Of a stretch of DNA of 64,000 bases, positions 43,334 through 53,724 are shown in pieces. The position numbers and the translations under genes are program-made. Where the stretch lies: assembly GCA_963815455.1 (NCBI GenBank), contig CAWFGO010000002.1, positions 96,001 to 160,000 of the forward strand, written 5' to 3'. Each line of letters opens with the position of its first letter. The first letter of the stretch is position 1. Below the pieces are notes generated by a model. The model saw only the letters and a program-made list of their open reading frames with translations. It was not told the origin of the DNA and did no database searches. This stretch comes from an uncultured Verrucomicrobiae bacterium. Lineage in GTDB: Bacteria; Verrucomicrobiota; Verrucomicrobiia; Chthoniobacterales; UBA10450.

Positions 43334-43855
43334 CTAGTTTCCCGGTTTGGGCGAGGTCGAGGGCTTGGAAGTAGCTGAGGGAGTAGGTTGTTGGGATTGA
43401 AATTCCTTCTTCAATCGCTCGATTAGGCCAGGCACTTCCTGTCGCCGCTTGGCTTCAAGCTCCTGCCGCATCAGATGCTCAATCTTGGTCCGCTCCTGTA
43501 GATAGCGCGCTTCAAACTCCGCCCGCTTCTTGGCATCCAGGTGAAGCCCGGAATCACGTATCGCCGCCTCCGCTTCCTGCTTGATCCGTTGCCGCCGCAG
43601 ATTTTCCCGTTCGCGCATGATCTTGCGCTCTTCCGTGTTCATCTGCATCCACCGTTCGGCGTTGCGGTTGAAACGTTGTCGATCCTCCGTCGACAATCCG
43701 CGCATTTGTCCTAGTCCCCGGTTGAATTCCGTACCGCGGCCAACTCCCTTGTTGCGCCCGCCGGCGCCTCCCTGAGGATTCTGCGCACACGTCGGCCCCG
43801 TCCCGAAAACAGCGAACGAAACCGCCGCGCTTAGAGCGATGAATTTTGGTCCCAC
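43334..43855 (-). CDS. Secreted helical protein (DUF3106-like)
   Basis: Signal peptide; LSTEDRQRF..ERWMQMNTEERK repeats. Confidence 0.6.
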   Translation of the reverse strand: MGPKFIALSAAVSFAVFGTGPTCAQNPQGGAGGRNKGVGRGTEFNRGLGQMRGLSTEDRQRFNRNAERWMQMNTEERKIMRERENLRRQRIKQEAEAAIRDSGLHLDAKKRAEFEARYLQERTKIEHLMRQELEAKRRQEVPGLIERLKKEFQSQQPTPSATSKPSTSPKPGN

Positions 43856-44307
43856 AAGCTCGTCTCGTATAAGACCAACAAGTCGTCCAGATTGGCGACT
43901 ACGTCGTAATCTTGTTCCTCAATTCCTGCCAGACCCCCGGATTCATCCGGCAACGAATCGCTTTTCTCTTCAACTGCTGTTTCGGTTACCGGCACATCGG
44001 CTTTCGCTATTGCCTCCGGCACCTTGGCGGGCTCGGCTGCCACGATTGTCTCAGCCGCCTGCGACGGAGCGCTCAGCTTCGGCGCCGAACTTCGCAAGAA
44101 AACGGCCCCCAGGATCACGGCCAGGGCCACGCCAGACGCCGGCACCAGTATTCTCAGATTCAGCCAGGTCCCTCCCCGACCAAATAGACGCAGACGCGGC
44201 TCCTGCCGAATCTGCCGGAGCACATTTCTGGAGAAAAATGCCGAAAGACGCGGCCCGGGAGTCCGGCCCAAAAGGTCCCACAGTTGTTGATCGTCGTCGC
44301 GTTTCAT
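43831..44307 (-). CDS. Single-pass membrane protein, anti-sigma-like
   Basis: DDQQLWDLL..P..SAFFSRNVLRQIR, TM, acidic tail DYDVVANLDDLL. Confidence 0.6.
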   Translation of the reverse strand: MKRDDDQQLWDLLGRTPGPRLSAFFSRNVLRQIRQEPRLRLFGRGGTWLNLRILVPASGVALAVILGAVFLRSSAPKLSAPSQAAETIVAAEPAKVPEAIAKADVPVTETAVEEKSDSLPDESGGLAGIEEQDYDVVANLDDLLVLYETSLWDQNSSL

Positions 44308-44389
44308 TTTCTCCGCGGAATTGAACTACCTGGGTCGTATAAAGTTGCGCCGGGAAGCGCTCGGAAAGCTGATCGAATCGATCGGCGTT

Positions 44390-46222
44390 TTACGCATCCG
44401 GCGCTTCCAAAAAGCCTTCCAATTGTCGGATCCGCGTGGGGTGACGCATCTTACGCAAGGCTTTGGCCTCAATCTGGCGAATGCGTTCCCGCGTCACCTG
44501 GAATTGGCGCCCCACCTCTTCCAGCGTGCGGCTGTATCCGTCTACTAATCCGAACCGTTGCTCGAGCACCTGCCGTTCCCGTTCTGTCAACGTCTCAAGC
44601 ACATCCTTGATTTTCTCCTTCAACAAAACGATCGCCGTCATGTCGCTCGGATTTTCCGCGCCCTTGTCCTCGATAAAATCGCCGAAATTGGTTTCTTCGC
44701 TTTCGCCCACGGGCGATTGAAGCGATATGGGCTGCTGCGCCATTTTAAGAACCGCCCGGACGCGATCGACTGGCAACAGGATCTCTTCCGCCACCTCTTC
44801 CGGGGTCGGTTCCCGGCCATATTCCTGGACCAGCTGCTTTTGTACACGCATCAGCTTGTTGATCGTCTCGATCATGTGCACGGGAATGCGAATCGTGCGT
44901 GCCTGGTCGGCAATCGACCGGGTGATGGCTTGCCGGATCCACCAGGTGGCATAAGTGGAAAACTTATAACCGCGGCGGTACTCAAATTTTTCCACCGCTT
45001 TCATCAATCCCATGTTGCCTTCCTGGATCAGATCGAGAAACGACAGTCCCCGGTTGGTATACTTTTTGGCGATGGAGATCACGAGGCGAAGGTTGGCCTC
45101 CACCATTTCGGTCTTGGCCCGCAACGCCTGCCGCACCCAGTTCTTGAGCGTCTGATATTGTTCGGCGAATTCCTCCGTGGAAAGCCACATGCTTTTTTCC
45201 AGGTCCCGCATTTTGCCACGAAGACTCAAACACTTTTTCCGGTCCCGAGAATGCTTCGCTATTTCGCCCTGGAGATAGAGGGAGCTCTGCGACGCATCGT
45301 CCGCCAGGTGAACAAATTCCTCGGTAACCTTCTGCTTAAAATAGAATTTGGGATAACATTTTTGCAGCGTGGCGAGGGAGCGCTGGAACGATTTGATCTT
45401 CTTGCTTTCCTTCTTTGAAGAATTGCGCGCCAGCTGGCAGTACTGGTGGCTGATTGACGCGCTTAGTTCTTCCACATGCTTGCAAAGGCGGGGAAGTTTC
45501 TTCAGGTAACGCTCCCGGCTTTCGATTTTCTTGTCCAGGATTACTCGGTCGAACCGCTCCCCTCCCTGAGCGAGCTTTTCGGCCAGATCCAGATGGGCGC
45601 GAGCGGTGAATCCGAAGCGATTGATCTGCTTCTGGACCATGTTTTCGGCTTCCTCGATCCGTTTGGATATCTCGACTTCCTGCTCCCGAGTGAGCAACGG
45701 CACCTGGCCCATCTGCTTGAGATACATCCGCACCGGGTCGTCGAGGATGTCCAGTTTCACTTCTGGCTTCTCTTCCTCCTCCTCCTCCTCAACATCCTTT
45801 TTCCCGTCCTTGTAACGATCGACCTCCGACGCTTCGATGATGTCGATCTCCATCCGGCGGAGCCGGGTCAAAATCGTGTCCAGCTCGTCCGCGTCGCTCA
45901 GCCCCTCTGGCAATGCCTCGTTTAGATCATCGAAGGTGAGGTAGCCTTGCTCTTTCGCGAGCTTGATCAGGTCGCGAATACGCGTCTCAGCCTCGACCGG
46001 AGAATTCAAATCGCCTATGGCCTTGGCTCGACCGGAGACCTGGCCATTCTTGCCAGCCGATCTCGCGATACCCGTACGCCGGCCGGACTTCAGTTTGACG
46101 GCCTTCCCAGCTCGCTTCGATCCTGCCCGGAAGGGCGATCGCTGGCGGCGAAAACGTTTGGGTCGCGGTCGCTTTGCCTGCGACCGCCGGATTTCTCCCT
46201 TTCTTTTCGAGTGCCTGGCCAA
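44390..46222 (-). CDS. rpoD: RNA polymerase primary sigma factor RpoD
   Basis: Region 1.1, [44 protein letters not shown]. Confidence 0.97.
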   Translation of the reverse strand: MARHSKRKGEIRRSQAKRPRPKRFRRQRSPFRAGSKRAGKAVKLKSGRRTGIARSAGKNGQVSGRAKAIGDLNSPVEAETRIRDLIKLAKEQGYLTFDDLNEALPEGLSDADELDTILTRLRRMEIDIIEASEVDRYKDGKKDVEEEEEEEKPEVKLDILDDPVRMYLKQMGQVPLLTREQEVEISKRIEEAENMVQKQINRFGFTARAHLDLAEKLAQGGERFDRVILDKKIESRERYLKKLPRLCKHVEELSASISHQYCQLARNSSKKESKKIKSFQRSLATLQKCYPKFYFKQKVTEEFVHLADDASQSSLYLQGEIAKHSRDRKKCLSLRGKMRDLEKSMWLSTEEFAEQYQTLKNWVRQALRAKTEMVEANLRLVISIAKKYTNRGLSFLDLIQEGNMGLMKAVEKFEYRRGYKFSTYATWWIRQAITRSIADQARTIRIPVHMIETINKLMRVQKQLVQEYGREPTPEEVAEEILLPVDRVRAVLKMAQQPISLQSPVGESEETNFGDFIEDKGAENPSDMTAIVLLKEKIKDVLETLTERERQVLEQRFGLVDGYSRTLEEVGRQFQVTRERIRQIEAKALRKMRHPTRIRQLEGFLEAPDA

Positions 46223-46281
46223 GGTTACGGTTAAGTATTAATCTCCTACCGATAGATCGACAGTTCGTCCCCAAGGGGCGC

Positions 46282-48096
46282 TCAGCTGTCGGCCACACGG
46301 GCGGGCGAAAACCCGCAAAGCTCGCGGAGCTGTTCCTGCAGGTCAAGAATTTGTTTTTGCAGGTTGACCACATCACCGGTGCTGTGCTGGGGAAGCTTTA
46401 TCCGGCTCTCAGCGACCTCAAGCTGGCGCCGCAATATCGCCTGGCGAATGCCCAGCCACCATTTTTCCACCATCGTCCCGGCCTTGGGCGGCATCTTTTG
46501 CAGCAGCCACGAGGATACCAACTGCTCCTCCGCCGGAGGGAGCGTGGCCATAAAGGCGTTGAGCGAGGCCGCGTCATTCGGATTGAAATCGCCTTCCAGG
46601 ATTCGGACCAGAACGTCAGCATCCGGCACCTGTGACAGAACTTCGCGCCAATTTTGACTTCGGATAAAATCGCGAGCGGCGTCATCCCTGAGCGCCAATA
46701 GACAGAGCATCGCCACGTCGTGCCTGGGCGCGGGAGCAATCGGTCCAGTGGGAGAATCGGACGGGCGCTGCGGTTCGCGTTTTTGGCGAGGCAGGAGGCT
46801 ACGGAAATCGTCAGCCGGTACGCCGAGTCGTGCGCTGGCCTTGCTTATCACTTCCCCGCGCATGAGCGGATCATGGACCCGCGCCACGGTCTCGGCCAAT
46901 CTCCGCGCCAGTTGCATTTTGGCACCTAACGAATCAAGATCGACATCGGCCGTTTCGCGCTCGATCCAGTAATCGAAAAAGTCCCGGGCCGCGGCAATTC
47001 GCTTTTCAAACGCCTCCTTACCATCCCTCCTCACCAGTGAGTCCGGATCTTGGCCGGCGGGCATTTCCGCGACGCGCACAATCAAATCGTTCTGAAGCAG
47101 GGCATCGAGCGATCGTTCGGCCGCCTTTTGGCCCGCTGCGTCCGCGTCAAAACAAAGGACAACCTCGCTGACGAAACGTTTTAGGATTCGAGCCTGGCCC
47201 TCCGTAAAAGCCGTCCCCTGCGGCGCGACGACGTTGGTGATTCCGGCCTCGAACAAAGTGATTAGATCGAGTTGGCCCTCACAAACGATCGCGCAGTCCG
47301 CGTCGATCAATGCGCGTTTGGACTTGTCCAATCCAAAGAGCACGTTCCCCTTTCGGAACAGCGGGGTTTCCGGCGAATTGAGATATTTGGCGGTTCCTTC
47401 CTCGTCTTTGAGGAGCCGGCCACTAAAGCCAATCACTTCACCGACATCATTGCAGATCGGAAACATGATCCGTCCCCGGAACCGGTCGTAGGATTTTTGA
47501 GCTGGCGCCGTCTCATCTTCGTCCTTGGTTCTGACCAGGCCGCTCGTGAGCAAATCGCGGGCAATGTAGCCATGCTCTCGCGCCCAACTGCCGAACGCGT
47601 CCCACTCGTCCGGCGCATACCCCAGCTGCCACCGCTTGGCGATCTCCAATGTGATCCCGCGCTTTTTCAAATATTTCCGGGCCGCCTCTCCCGATTCGCG
47701 CTTGACCAAATTTTCGTGAAACCATTCCGCGGTTTCCGCGTGCAGCTTCAGCAGCGTTCGGCGCGCTTCATGTTGTCGATCTTCATCCCCTGCGCCTCGT
47801 TTTTCCACTATCGGGATTCCCACCCGGGCCGCGAGCTTCCGGACGGCAAACGGAAAATCGACATGTTCGTAATCCATCACGAACCGAAAAACGCTGCCGC
47901 CCGCGCCGCAGCCAAAGCAATGGAAGGTTTGCCGGCTCGGGCTAACCGTGAATGACGGGGTCTTTTCCTGATGGAACGGGCAGAGCGCCTTGAGATTCGT
48001 TCCGGCGCGTTTTAAGGGAAAATACGACCCGATCACCTCCACGATATCGTTGGCTGCGGCGATTTGCTCGATTGTCTCCGGAGGAATCGATCCCAT
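46282..48096 (-). CDS. dnaG: DNA primase
   Basis: CPFHQEKTPSF, CFGC, KYLNSPET, CEGQLD, CFDADAAG. Confidence 0.97.
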   Translation of the reverse strand: MGSIPPETIEQIAAANDIVEVIGSYFPLKRAGTNLKALCPFHQEKTPSFTVSPSRQTFHCFGCGAGGSVFRFVMDYEHVDFPFAVRKLAARVGIPIVEKRGAGDEDRQHEARRTLLKLHAETAEWFHENLVKRESGEAARKYLKKRGITLEIAKRWQLGYAPDEWDAFGSWAREHGYIARDLLTSGLVRTKDEDETAPAQKSYDRFRGRIMFPICNDVGEVIGFSGRLLKDEEGTAKYLNSPETPLFRKGNVLFGLDKSKRALIDADCAIVCEGQLDLITLFEAGITNVVAPQGTAFTEGQARILKRFVSEVVLCFDADAAGQKAAERSLDALLQNDLIVRVAEMPAGQDPDSLVRRDGKEAFEKRIAAARDFFDYWIERETADVDLDSLGAKMQLARRLAETVARVHDPLMRGEVISKASARLGVPADDFRSLLPRQKREPQRPSDSPTGPIAPAPRHDVAMLCLLALRDDAARDFIRSQNWREVLSQVPDADVLVRILEGDFNPNDAASLNAFMATLPPAEEQLVSSWLLQKMPPKAGTMVEKWWLGIRQAILRRQLEVAESRIKLPQHSTGDVVNLQKQILDLQEQLRELCGFSPARVADS

Positions 48097-48172
48097 ATGC
48101 GTCTTGATTTTTCGCTCGTTTGCTTTCGGAAGCGATGCCAAAATTTACCCAGCCCAAGATACTATCCAAATC

Positions 48173-49582
48173 ATGAACAGAACTCCGGTCAGTCGAGCCA
48201 TCGCGATTTGGGCGGCAATATCGCTGGCCGCCCCGGGAATCACGCTTGCGCGGGACGTCATCCACAAGGGCGACGTAGTCGTTGTGCCTTTGGGCGGTGA
48301 GGTCTCGAATTCGCTGCTTATGTTTCTGCGACGCGCCATCAAAACAGCTGAAACCGCCGGCGCGTCCGCGATTGTTTTCGAAATGAATACCTACGGCGGG
48401 CGACTGGACGCGGCTGCCGATATCGTGGACGCGCTCAACCACACAACCATTCCCACCTACACGTTTATCAACACCAACGCCGGGTCGGCTGGCGCGCTGA
48501 TCGCCATCGCAACGCCGCACATTTACATGGCGCCTGTAAGTGCCATCGGTGCCGCCGCGCCCATTCTTCCCACTGGGGAAGATCTTCCTGCTACAGCGAA
48601 GGAAAAGACAATCTCGTATTGGTCCGCGCTTATTCGCAGTTCGGCCACCAAGAACGGCCACAATCCCGAAATCGCCGAGGCCTTCATGAACAAGGACAGG
48701 GAGGTCAAAATCGGCGACCGGGTCATTCATCCCAAGGGGGCCGTGCTCGCCCTCAACGCGCAGGAAGCGACCGAGAAGATCAACGGCAAACCGGTGTTGG
48801 CCGAGGGGATTGCTGAATCCGTTGTCGATCTTGCCAAAAAAGCCGGACTTAAAGGCAACATCGCTTCGATTGAGCCGACCGGCTTCGAGCAGCTCGCCTT
48901 GTGGATTACGGCGCTCGCGCCGCTCCTACTCCTGGCCGGAATCCTCGGGGCCTATCTCGAATTCAAACTTCCAGGGGTAAGCTGGCCGGGGATTATTGCT
49001 GCGATTTGTTTTGCCCTGTTTTTTCTTGGGCATTATCTGGCCGGGCTGGCCGGTTGGGAGGTAGTCGCCCTTTTCGTGATAGGAATCGTGCTGGTGCTAA
49101 TCGAGATCTTCTTCTTCGCCCACTCGACGATCGTCTTTGGCGTCGTCGGAGTTTTCCTCATCCTGGCCTCGCTGCTCTGGACGATGATCGACCGTTACCC
49201 TGGCCAGAATTTTTTTCCGAGTGGTAAAATGCTTGCCCTTCCGCTACTCAACATGTTCATCGCGATCATTGGCTCGTTCATCGCGATTGCCCTGCTCGCC
49301 CGCTATCTGCCACGCACGAGTATCTACCGCCGATTCGCTCTCATTGAATCAAATCCTCCCGGCCCGTCCTTAACCGGCGCGCCGCGCCACTTCGATACCG
49401 CTCTGGCCCTCACGCCCGGAGTCCAGGGCATCGCGATCACAGTGCTGCGTCCAAGTGGGAAAGCTCGCCTCGCCGGCCACGTTGTCGATGTTGTTACCGA
49501 AGGCGAATTCATCGCTCCAGAAACGCCCGTAACGGTGATACAGGCCGACGGAATGCGGGTGGTGGTGAAAAGTAGCGCCTGA
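48173..49582 (+). CDS. NfeD family membrane-bound serine protease
   Basis: NTYGG, AGSAGALI, TM block, C-terminal LRPSG OB fold. Confidence 0.9.
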   Translation: MNRTPVSRAIAIWAAISLAAPGITLARDVIHKGDVVVVPLGGEVSNSLLMFLRRAIKTAETAGASAIVFEMNTYGGRLDAAADIVDALNHTTIPTYTFINTNAGSAGALIAIATPHIYMAPVSAIGAAAPILPTGEDLPATAKEKTISYWSALIRSSATKNGHNPEIAEAFMNKDREVKIGDRVIHPKGAVLALNAQEATEKINGKPVLAEGIAESVVDLAKKAGLKGNIASIEPTGFEQLALWITALAPLLLLAGILGAYLEFKLPGVSWPGIIAAICFALFFLGHYLAGLAGWEVVALFVIGIVLVLIEIFFFAHSTIVFGVVGVFLILASLLWTMIDRYPGQNFFPSGKMLALPLLNMFIAIIGSFIAIALLARYLPRTSIYRRFALIESNPPGPSLTGAPRHFDTALALTPGVQGIAITVLRPSGKARLAGHVVDVVTEGEFIAPETPVTVIQADGMRVVVKSSA

Positions 49583-49783
49583 TCAGCCGCCGGCCACAAC
49601 GCGGATAAATTCAACCCGATCGCCTTCGGACAGCGCCCATTGCGGCCAGTCGCGCCGGCGAAGGGCAAGGCCGTTGTGCTCGACCAGGACGGATTGCGGC
49701 GCCAATTGAAAACGGTCGATCAACTCCGCAATCGTCTTGGCCTCGCGGGCATCAACGGTTTCGCCGTTTAATAAGATCGTCAT
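49583..49783 (-). CDS. thiS: Sulfur carrier protein ThiS
   Basis: 66 aa ending VAGG; overlaps the thiH stop. Confidence 0.93.
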   Translation of the reverse strand: MTILLNGETVDAREAKTIAELIDRFQLAPQSVLVEHNGLALRRRDWPQWALSEGDRVEFIRVVAGG

Positions 49784-50904
49784 ACGCCGCAGAGCGCCTG
49801 GTCCCAATCTTTCCACACCGGTTCGAGGCCACGTTGACGGAGGAAGGCAGCGATTTCGGCCGGCGAACGCTCGTCGCTGATCTCGAATTGACCGGTGGCA
49901 AGGTCGTCTTCGCCGTTCTGAAACTCGGGCGCCACGATGCGACCCCGCACTGTTCGATGCAGATGTTCCCGGCCCTGCCGGGTGTAGCCGCCGGGCTCGG
50001 TGTGGCTGCCGGCGCTCATCATTGTAACGCCAAGCGCTGCCAGCGAATCACGCAACGACGCGCGCTCACGCGTGCTGAGCACTATTCCAACCTGAGGAAA
50101 AGTAATGCGCAAGGCGCAGACTAGCTGCGTCAGCTCATGATCGCTCATAGTGAAGAGAGGCAGGAATCCACCTGCTGCCGGGCGCAGTCGGGGCAGGCTG
50201 ACGCTAATTTGGGCCTGCCAGCAGTGCCTAAACAGATGTTCCAGATGCGCTGCCAGGGCAACGGCCTCGTCTCGCCAGGGCGCTAATCCGATAAGCGCGC
50301 CGATGCCAAGTCTGCGAAAACCGGCAGCATAACCCCGCTCTGCGCAATCGAGCCGAAAGTTGAAATCGCGCTTTGGCCCGGCGGTGTGCATCTCCGCGTA
50401 TGTTTCTCGGTTGTAGGTTTCCTGGTAAACGACCAGACCTTCTGCGCCCGCATCGACAATCGACAAATACTTCTCGGTTTCCAACGGACCGACCTCGATC
50501 GCGACTGAGGGAAAATCGGGGGCGAGGGTGCGCACGCAATCAGCCAGATAATCGCCGCTGACGAATTTAGGGTGTTCGCCGGCGACAAGAAGAATTTGGC
50601 GAAATCCGGCCCGTGACAGGTGGCGCCCCTCGGCCACGACCTCCTCGACGCCAAGCGTGACTCGTAGAATCGGATTGTCGCGCGAGAATCCGCAATAGCG
50701 GCAGTTGTTAATGCATTCGTTGGAAAGATAGATCGGCGCAAAAAGGCGCATCGTCCGGCCAAAATTCTGCAAGGTAAGCTCGCTCGAAGCCCTTGCCATG
50801 GCTTCAAGCTCCTGATCGGACTTGGAATCAATGAGCCGTTCGAATCGCCGCACCAGCGGCGATTTCCTCAGCGCAAGATTGTCCAACGTTGCGACAAACG
50901 ACAT
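49780..50904 (-). CDS. thiH: 2-iminoacetate synthase ThiH (radical SAM)
   Basis: CINNCRYC, YQETY, SLPRLRP, SAGSHTEPGGY, QFEISDER, WKDWD. Confidence 0.95.
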   Translation of the reverse strand: MSFVATLDNLALRKSPLVRRFERLIDSKSDQELEAMARASSELTLQNFGRTMRLFAPIYLSNECINNCRYCGFSRDNPILRVTLGVEEVVAEGRHLSRAGFRQILLVAGEHPKFVSGDYLADCVRTLAPDFPSVAIEVGPLETEKYLSIVDAGAEGLVVYQETYNRETYAEMHTAGPKRDFNFRLDCAERGYAAGFRRLGIGALIGLAPWRDEAVALAAHLEHLFRHCWQAQISVSLPRLRPAAGGFLPLFTMSDHELTQLVCALRITFPQVGIVLSTRERASLRDSLAALGVTMMSAGSHTEPGGYTRQGREHLHRTVRGRIVAPEFQNGEDDLATGQFEISDERSPAEIAAFLRQRGLEPVWKDWDQALCGV

Positions 50905-50947
50905 CGCCGTAATTTCACGCTCGGCGAGCAAGTTCGCAAACCCAATC

Positions 50948-50990
50948 AAAACAAAACGCCGGAAACGCATGTGCGCTTCCGGCGTCTTTC
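50948..50990 (-). terminator. Intrinsic terminator
   Basis: acgccggaa stem plus T tract on the minus strand after the third OMP. Confidence 0.6.
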
Positions 50991-51007
50991 AAATGCCGTT
51001 CTCGATG

Positions 51008-51772
51008 TTAGTACGAGAAATTCAGTCCGAATCGTGCCATTCCAAAATCCTGATCGCCGGAATCTTTGCCCCCGACGAAGTTCCAGGTGAAGTCACCCAT
51101 CACGCCAACGGCAAGTTTGCTCATCGTCGAGGGACGAATGAGGCGGACTTCCAGGCCGGTGCCCAATTGACCAATAAATCGCGCATGCTTGTTGTCGAAA
51201 ATCGTGTCTTTAATAAATTCGACCTCATCCTCTTCTTCAACCGGGCCAAAGTGAGTCTCCTTGAAAAATCTTTCTGTATGCGCGCCACCGAAGAGGAAAC
51301 CTGCACCGCCAAAGGCGTAAGGAGCGAAGCGAGTGCAACCGATTGGATAACGAACTGTGAAAGTACCGAGAAAGGCGCCGCCGGTATCCGCATTTACATC
51401 GACAACGAAACCTTCCAAGCCCGCTCCGAAATATTTGCTCCAGAAGTATTTTATGTCCGCGCCGCCAGCCCACGCGTCATCCTTGTTCAAAAAACGATCG
51501 TCGTGCGGTTCACCGAGGAAGACCGGGTTCAGGGTCTCGTCGAATTGTTCGTCTACCGCCTCGTAGTCGAAATCGATGTCGTTATGCCCGTTCTGGCCGG
51601 AGAACGCCCAGCCGGCCCAGAGGTCCAGGTTCCATTCGTGGGAGCGGTACCAATCGCACGGCGGTGGCGCGAGTTGAATTTCTTTGTCTTTGCCAGAAAA
51701 CGGTTCCGGCCCAGCGTAACACAAAGCGGTGAGCAAGGCAGTCGCGCACAGGGTTAAGGTCAATCTTTTCAT
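51008..51772 (-). CDS. Outer-membrane beta-barrel protein (paralog 3)
   Basis: Signal peptide, AGPEPFSGK, C-terminal GLNFSY. Confidence 0.8.
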   Translation of the reverse strand: MKRLTLTLCATALLTALCYAGPEPFSGKDKEIQLAPPPCDWYRSHEWNLDLWAGWAFSGQNGHNDIDFDYEAVDEQFDETLNPVFLGEPHDDRFLNKDDAWAGGADIKYFWSKYFGAGLEGFVVDVNADTGGAFLGTFTVRYPIGCTRFAPYAFGGAGFLFGGAHTERFFKETHFGPVEEEDEVEFIKDTIFDNKHARFIGQLGTGLEVRLIRPSTMSKLAVGVMGDFTWNFVGGKDSGDQDFGMARFGLNFSY

Positions 51773-51938
51773 AATCTGGGCTCTGGAATAGGGATTCCTG
51801 AGGGGAGCGTCAATGAAAAAAAAGAAATAATTTTTTTGCGGATTATAAAAACTAGAATGTCGCCTGGCCAGGGCAAGGCCTATTCGAATTCTTGGCCCGT
51901 TTTGGGAAAACCTCCCCGAGACAACTTGCGTCGGGCGT

Positions 51939-52649
51939 CTAAAAGGCGAAGTTAACGCCGCTGCGGACCATCCCGAAGTCGTCGTCGTCGGTGAAGTTCC
52001 AACTGCCATCGAGCATCCAACCGATGTGCGGGGTGAAACGGTACTCGATCCCGCCGCCTACCTGGCCAAGTGCCCGGGCGTCATCTTCCGATTGGCCAAC
52101 GAAACGCTCTCTGACCCCGATCAGGACAAATTTCTCGCGCTCCCCGCCAAAAATAACTCCGCCACCGGCAAAGATGTAAGGTGACCAATGCGAGCATTGA
52201 AAGGGATAGCGCAAGGTAAATGTACCCTTCACGGCACCCACCGCGTCGTCGTTGCTGGGATCAATGCCAACGTCTCTCAGGCTTTGACTAACGTCTCTGT
52301 TATTATCGGTGGCCAATCCGTAAGCTTCGATGCCGATGCCGAAGTAACGATGGAAAAAGTATTTGATGTCGATTCCACCGCCCCCGGCAACATCGCCGAT
52401 CGTATCATCAAAGTGAACCGTCTCGCCATCCTCGAAAGTAAGATCGCTTTCGTGGATATCGTTGTCGTTGTCTCCACCGAACGCCACTGCACCCCACAAC
52501 GAAATGTTCCATTCATTATCCGCATACCATTGCGGGCAGGGCGGCGGCACAACCTGTTTCATTTCCTTTCCCGAATAAGGTTCCGGTCCGGCAAAGGCCA
52601 GAGTTGATACAACCAAAAGAGTCCCAAAGGCTAAGGTAAATTTCTTCAT
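51939..52649 (-). CDS. Outer-membrane beta-barrel protein (paralog 2)
   Basis: AGPEPYSGKE, C-terminal GVNFAF. Confidence 0.82.
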   Translation of the reverse strand: MKKFTLAFGTLLVVSTLAFAGPEPYSGKEMKQVVPPPCPQWYADNEWNISLWGAVAFGGDNDNDIHESDLTFEDGETVHFDDTIGDVAGGGGIDIKYFFHRYFGIGIEAYGLATDNNRDVSQSLRDVGIDPSNDDAVGAVKGTFTLRYPFQCSHWSPYIFAGGGVIFGGEREKFVLIGVRERFVGQSEDDARALGQVGGGIEYRFTPHIGWMLDGSWNFTDDDDFGMVRSGVNFAF

Positions 52650-52787
52650 AGTCGGCTGTGCTTAGGCGTTGCCGAAGGATTCGTCAACAAAAAAACCAAT
52701 AACCAAGGGGCGAAAGCATTATAAAACCATGACAGGAGTGTGCTGATAGCTGCAACACACCTGTGCACTTGGCACAGCGTCGGAAAA

Positions 52788-52822
52788 ACAAGAACGCCGG
52801 GAACAGGTGTTCCCGGCGTTCT
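52788..52822 (-). terminator. Intrinsic terminator
   Basis: agaacgccgggaac/gttcccggcgttct stem with a T tract on the minus strand. Confidence 0.7.
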
Positions 52823-52860
52823 CGACTATTCGATTCGTTCGACCTCGTTCGGGGAACGGC

Positions 52861-53580
52861 CTAGAACGAGATGTTGATGCCGGTCCGGGCCATTCCGAAA
52901 TTGTTATCGGCGCCATCGACCACGTTCCAGCTGAAATCAGCTATCCAGCCCATCCGCGGCGTGATCCGAACCTCCATGCCGCCGCCAAACTGGCCCATGC
53001 CACGCGATTCCGTTTCGTGTGCGATGTCTGCAACGGCGCCCCCGACGCGAACCGCCCGATCACGGTGGCCGCCGAAAATCCCGCCGCCGCCGGCCCACAC
53101 ATACGGGGCAAAACGTGAGCAGCCGATTGGATAACGCAGCGTCAAGGTTCCCAGTCCACCGCCAACCACATGGTGGTCGCTCTCCTTGTTGAAGTCTCCT
53201 AGCCCGAAGTTGGTGTAATTGTACCTGCTGCCGTGAGCAGCCAGGCCAAAGCCCTCCACCCCAATGCCGAAATACTTGGCGAAGAAGTATTTAATATCGA
53301 GACCTCCACCCCAGGCGTGATCGCCGCCCAAGAAGCGGTCGTAGGTACCAGTATCACCGGTCACGGCCATATCGAGCAGGCTCGAACGGTTGTTGTCCGT
53401 CCCGGTAAACGCGTATGCGCCCCAGAGACCAACATTCCACTCCGTATCGCGGTACCATTCGCATACCGGCGGCGCGGTGGTGGTCCTCATCTCTTTGCCC
53501 GAGTAAATGCTTGTCTCTCCGGCGAATACTACCGATCCCATGATCGCAAATGCCAACAGTCCTAATGTTAATTTCCTCAT
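52861..53580 (-). CDS. Outer-membrane beta-barrel protein (paralog 1)
   Basis: YSGKE..CEWY..EWN, C-terminal GINISF. Confidence 0.82.
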   Translation of the reverse strand: MRKLTLGLLAFAIMGSVVFAGETSIYSGKEMRTTTAPPVCEWYRDTEWNVGLWGAYAFTGTDNNRSSLLDMAVTGDTGTYDRFLGGDHAWGGGLDIKYFFAKYFGIGVEGFGLAAHGSRYNYTNFGLGDFNKESDHHVVGGGLGTLTLRYPIGCSRFAPYVWAGGGGIFGGHRDRAVRVGGAVADIAHETESRGMGQFGGGMEVRITPRMGWIADFSWNVVDGADNNFGMARTGINISF

Positions 53581-53696
53581 TTTTTTCCCTTGGTTAAATG
53601 TTCCCTTGAAACGGACGTCTTCAGACAGTCCAATTTAGCAACGAATCTCGGGGGTGGTTTGGATGCCCCGACGCCCAATAAACACGCCGTTTTACG

Positions 53697-53712
53697 AGCG
53701 GGAACCGTGCCA
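53697..53712 (-). promoter_or_regulatory. Putative sigma-54 promoter upstream of the OMP cluster
   Basis: TGGCACGgttcCCGCT with GG-N10-GC spacing. Confidence 0.4.
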
Positions 53713-53724
53713 ATGCCAGGCGTT

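Noticed and set aside
44558..45418. Long antisense ORFs opposite rpoD, mreB, rng, btuB and the S41 protease
   Set aside because: Typical shadow ORFs from high-GC codon bias, with no recognisable motifs.
49583..50990. TPP riboswitch upstream of thiH-thiS
   Set aside because: No CTGAGA/TPP consensus in the short spacer; only a terminator-like hairpin.
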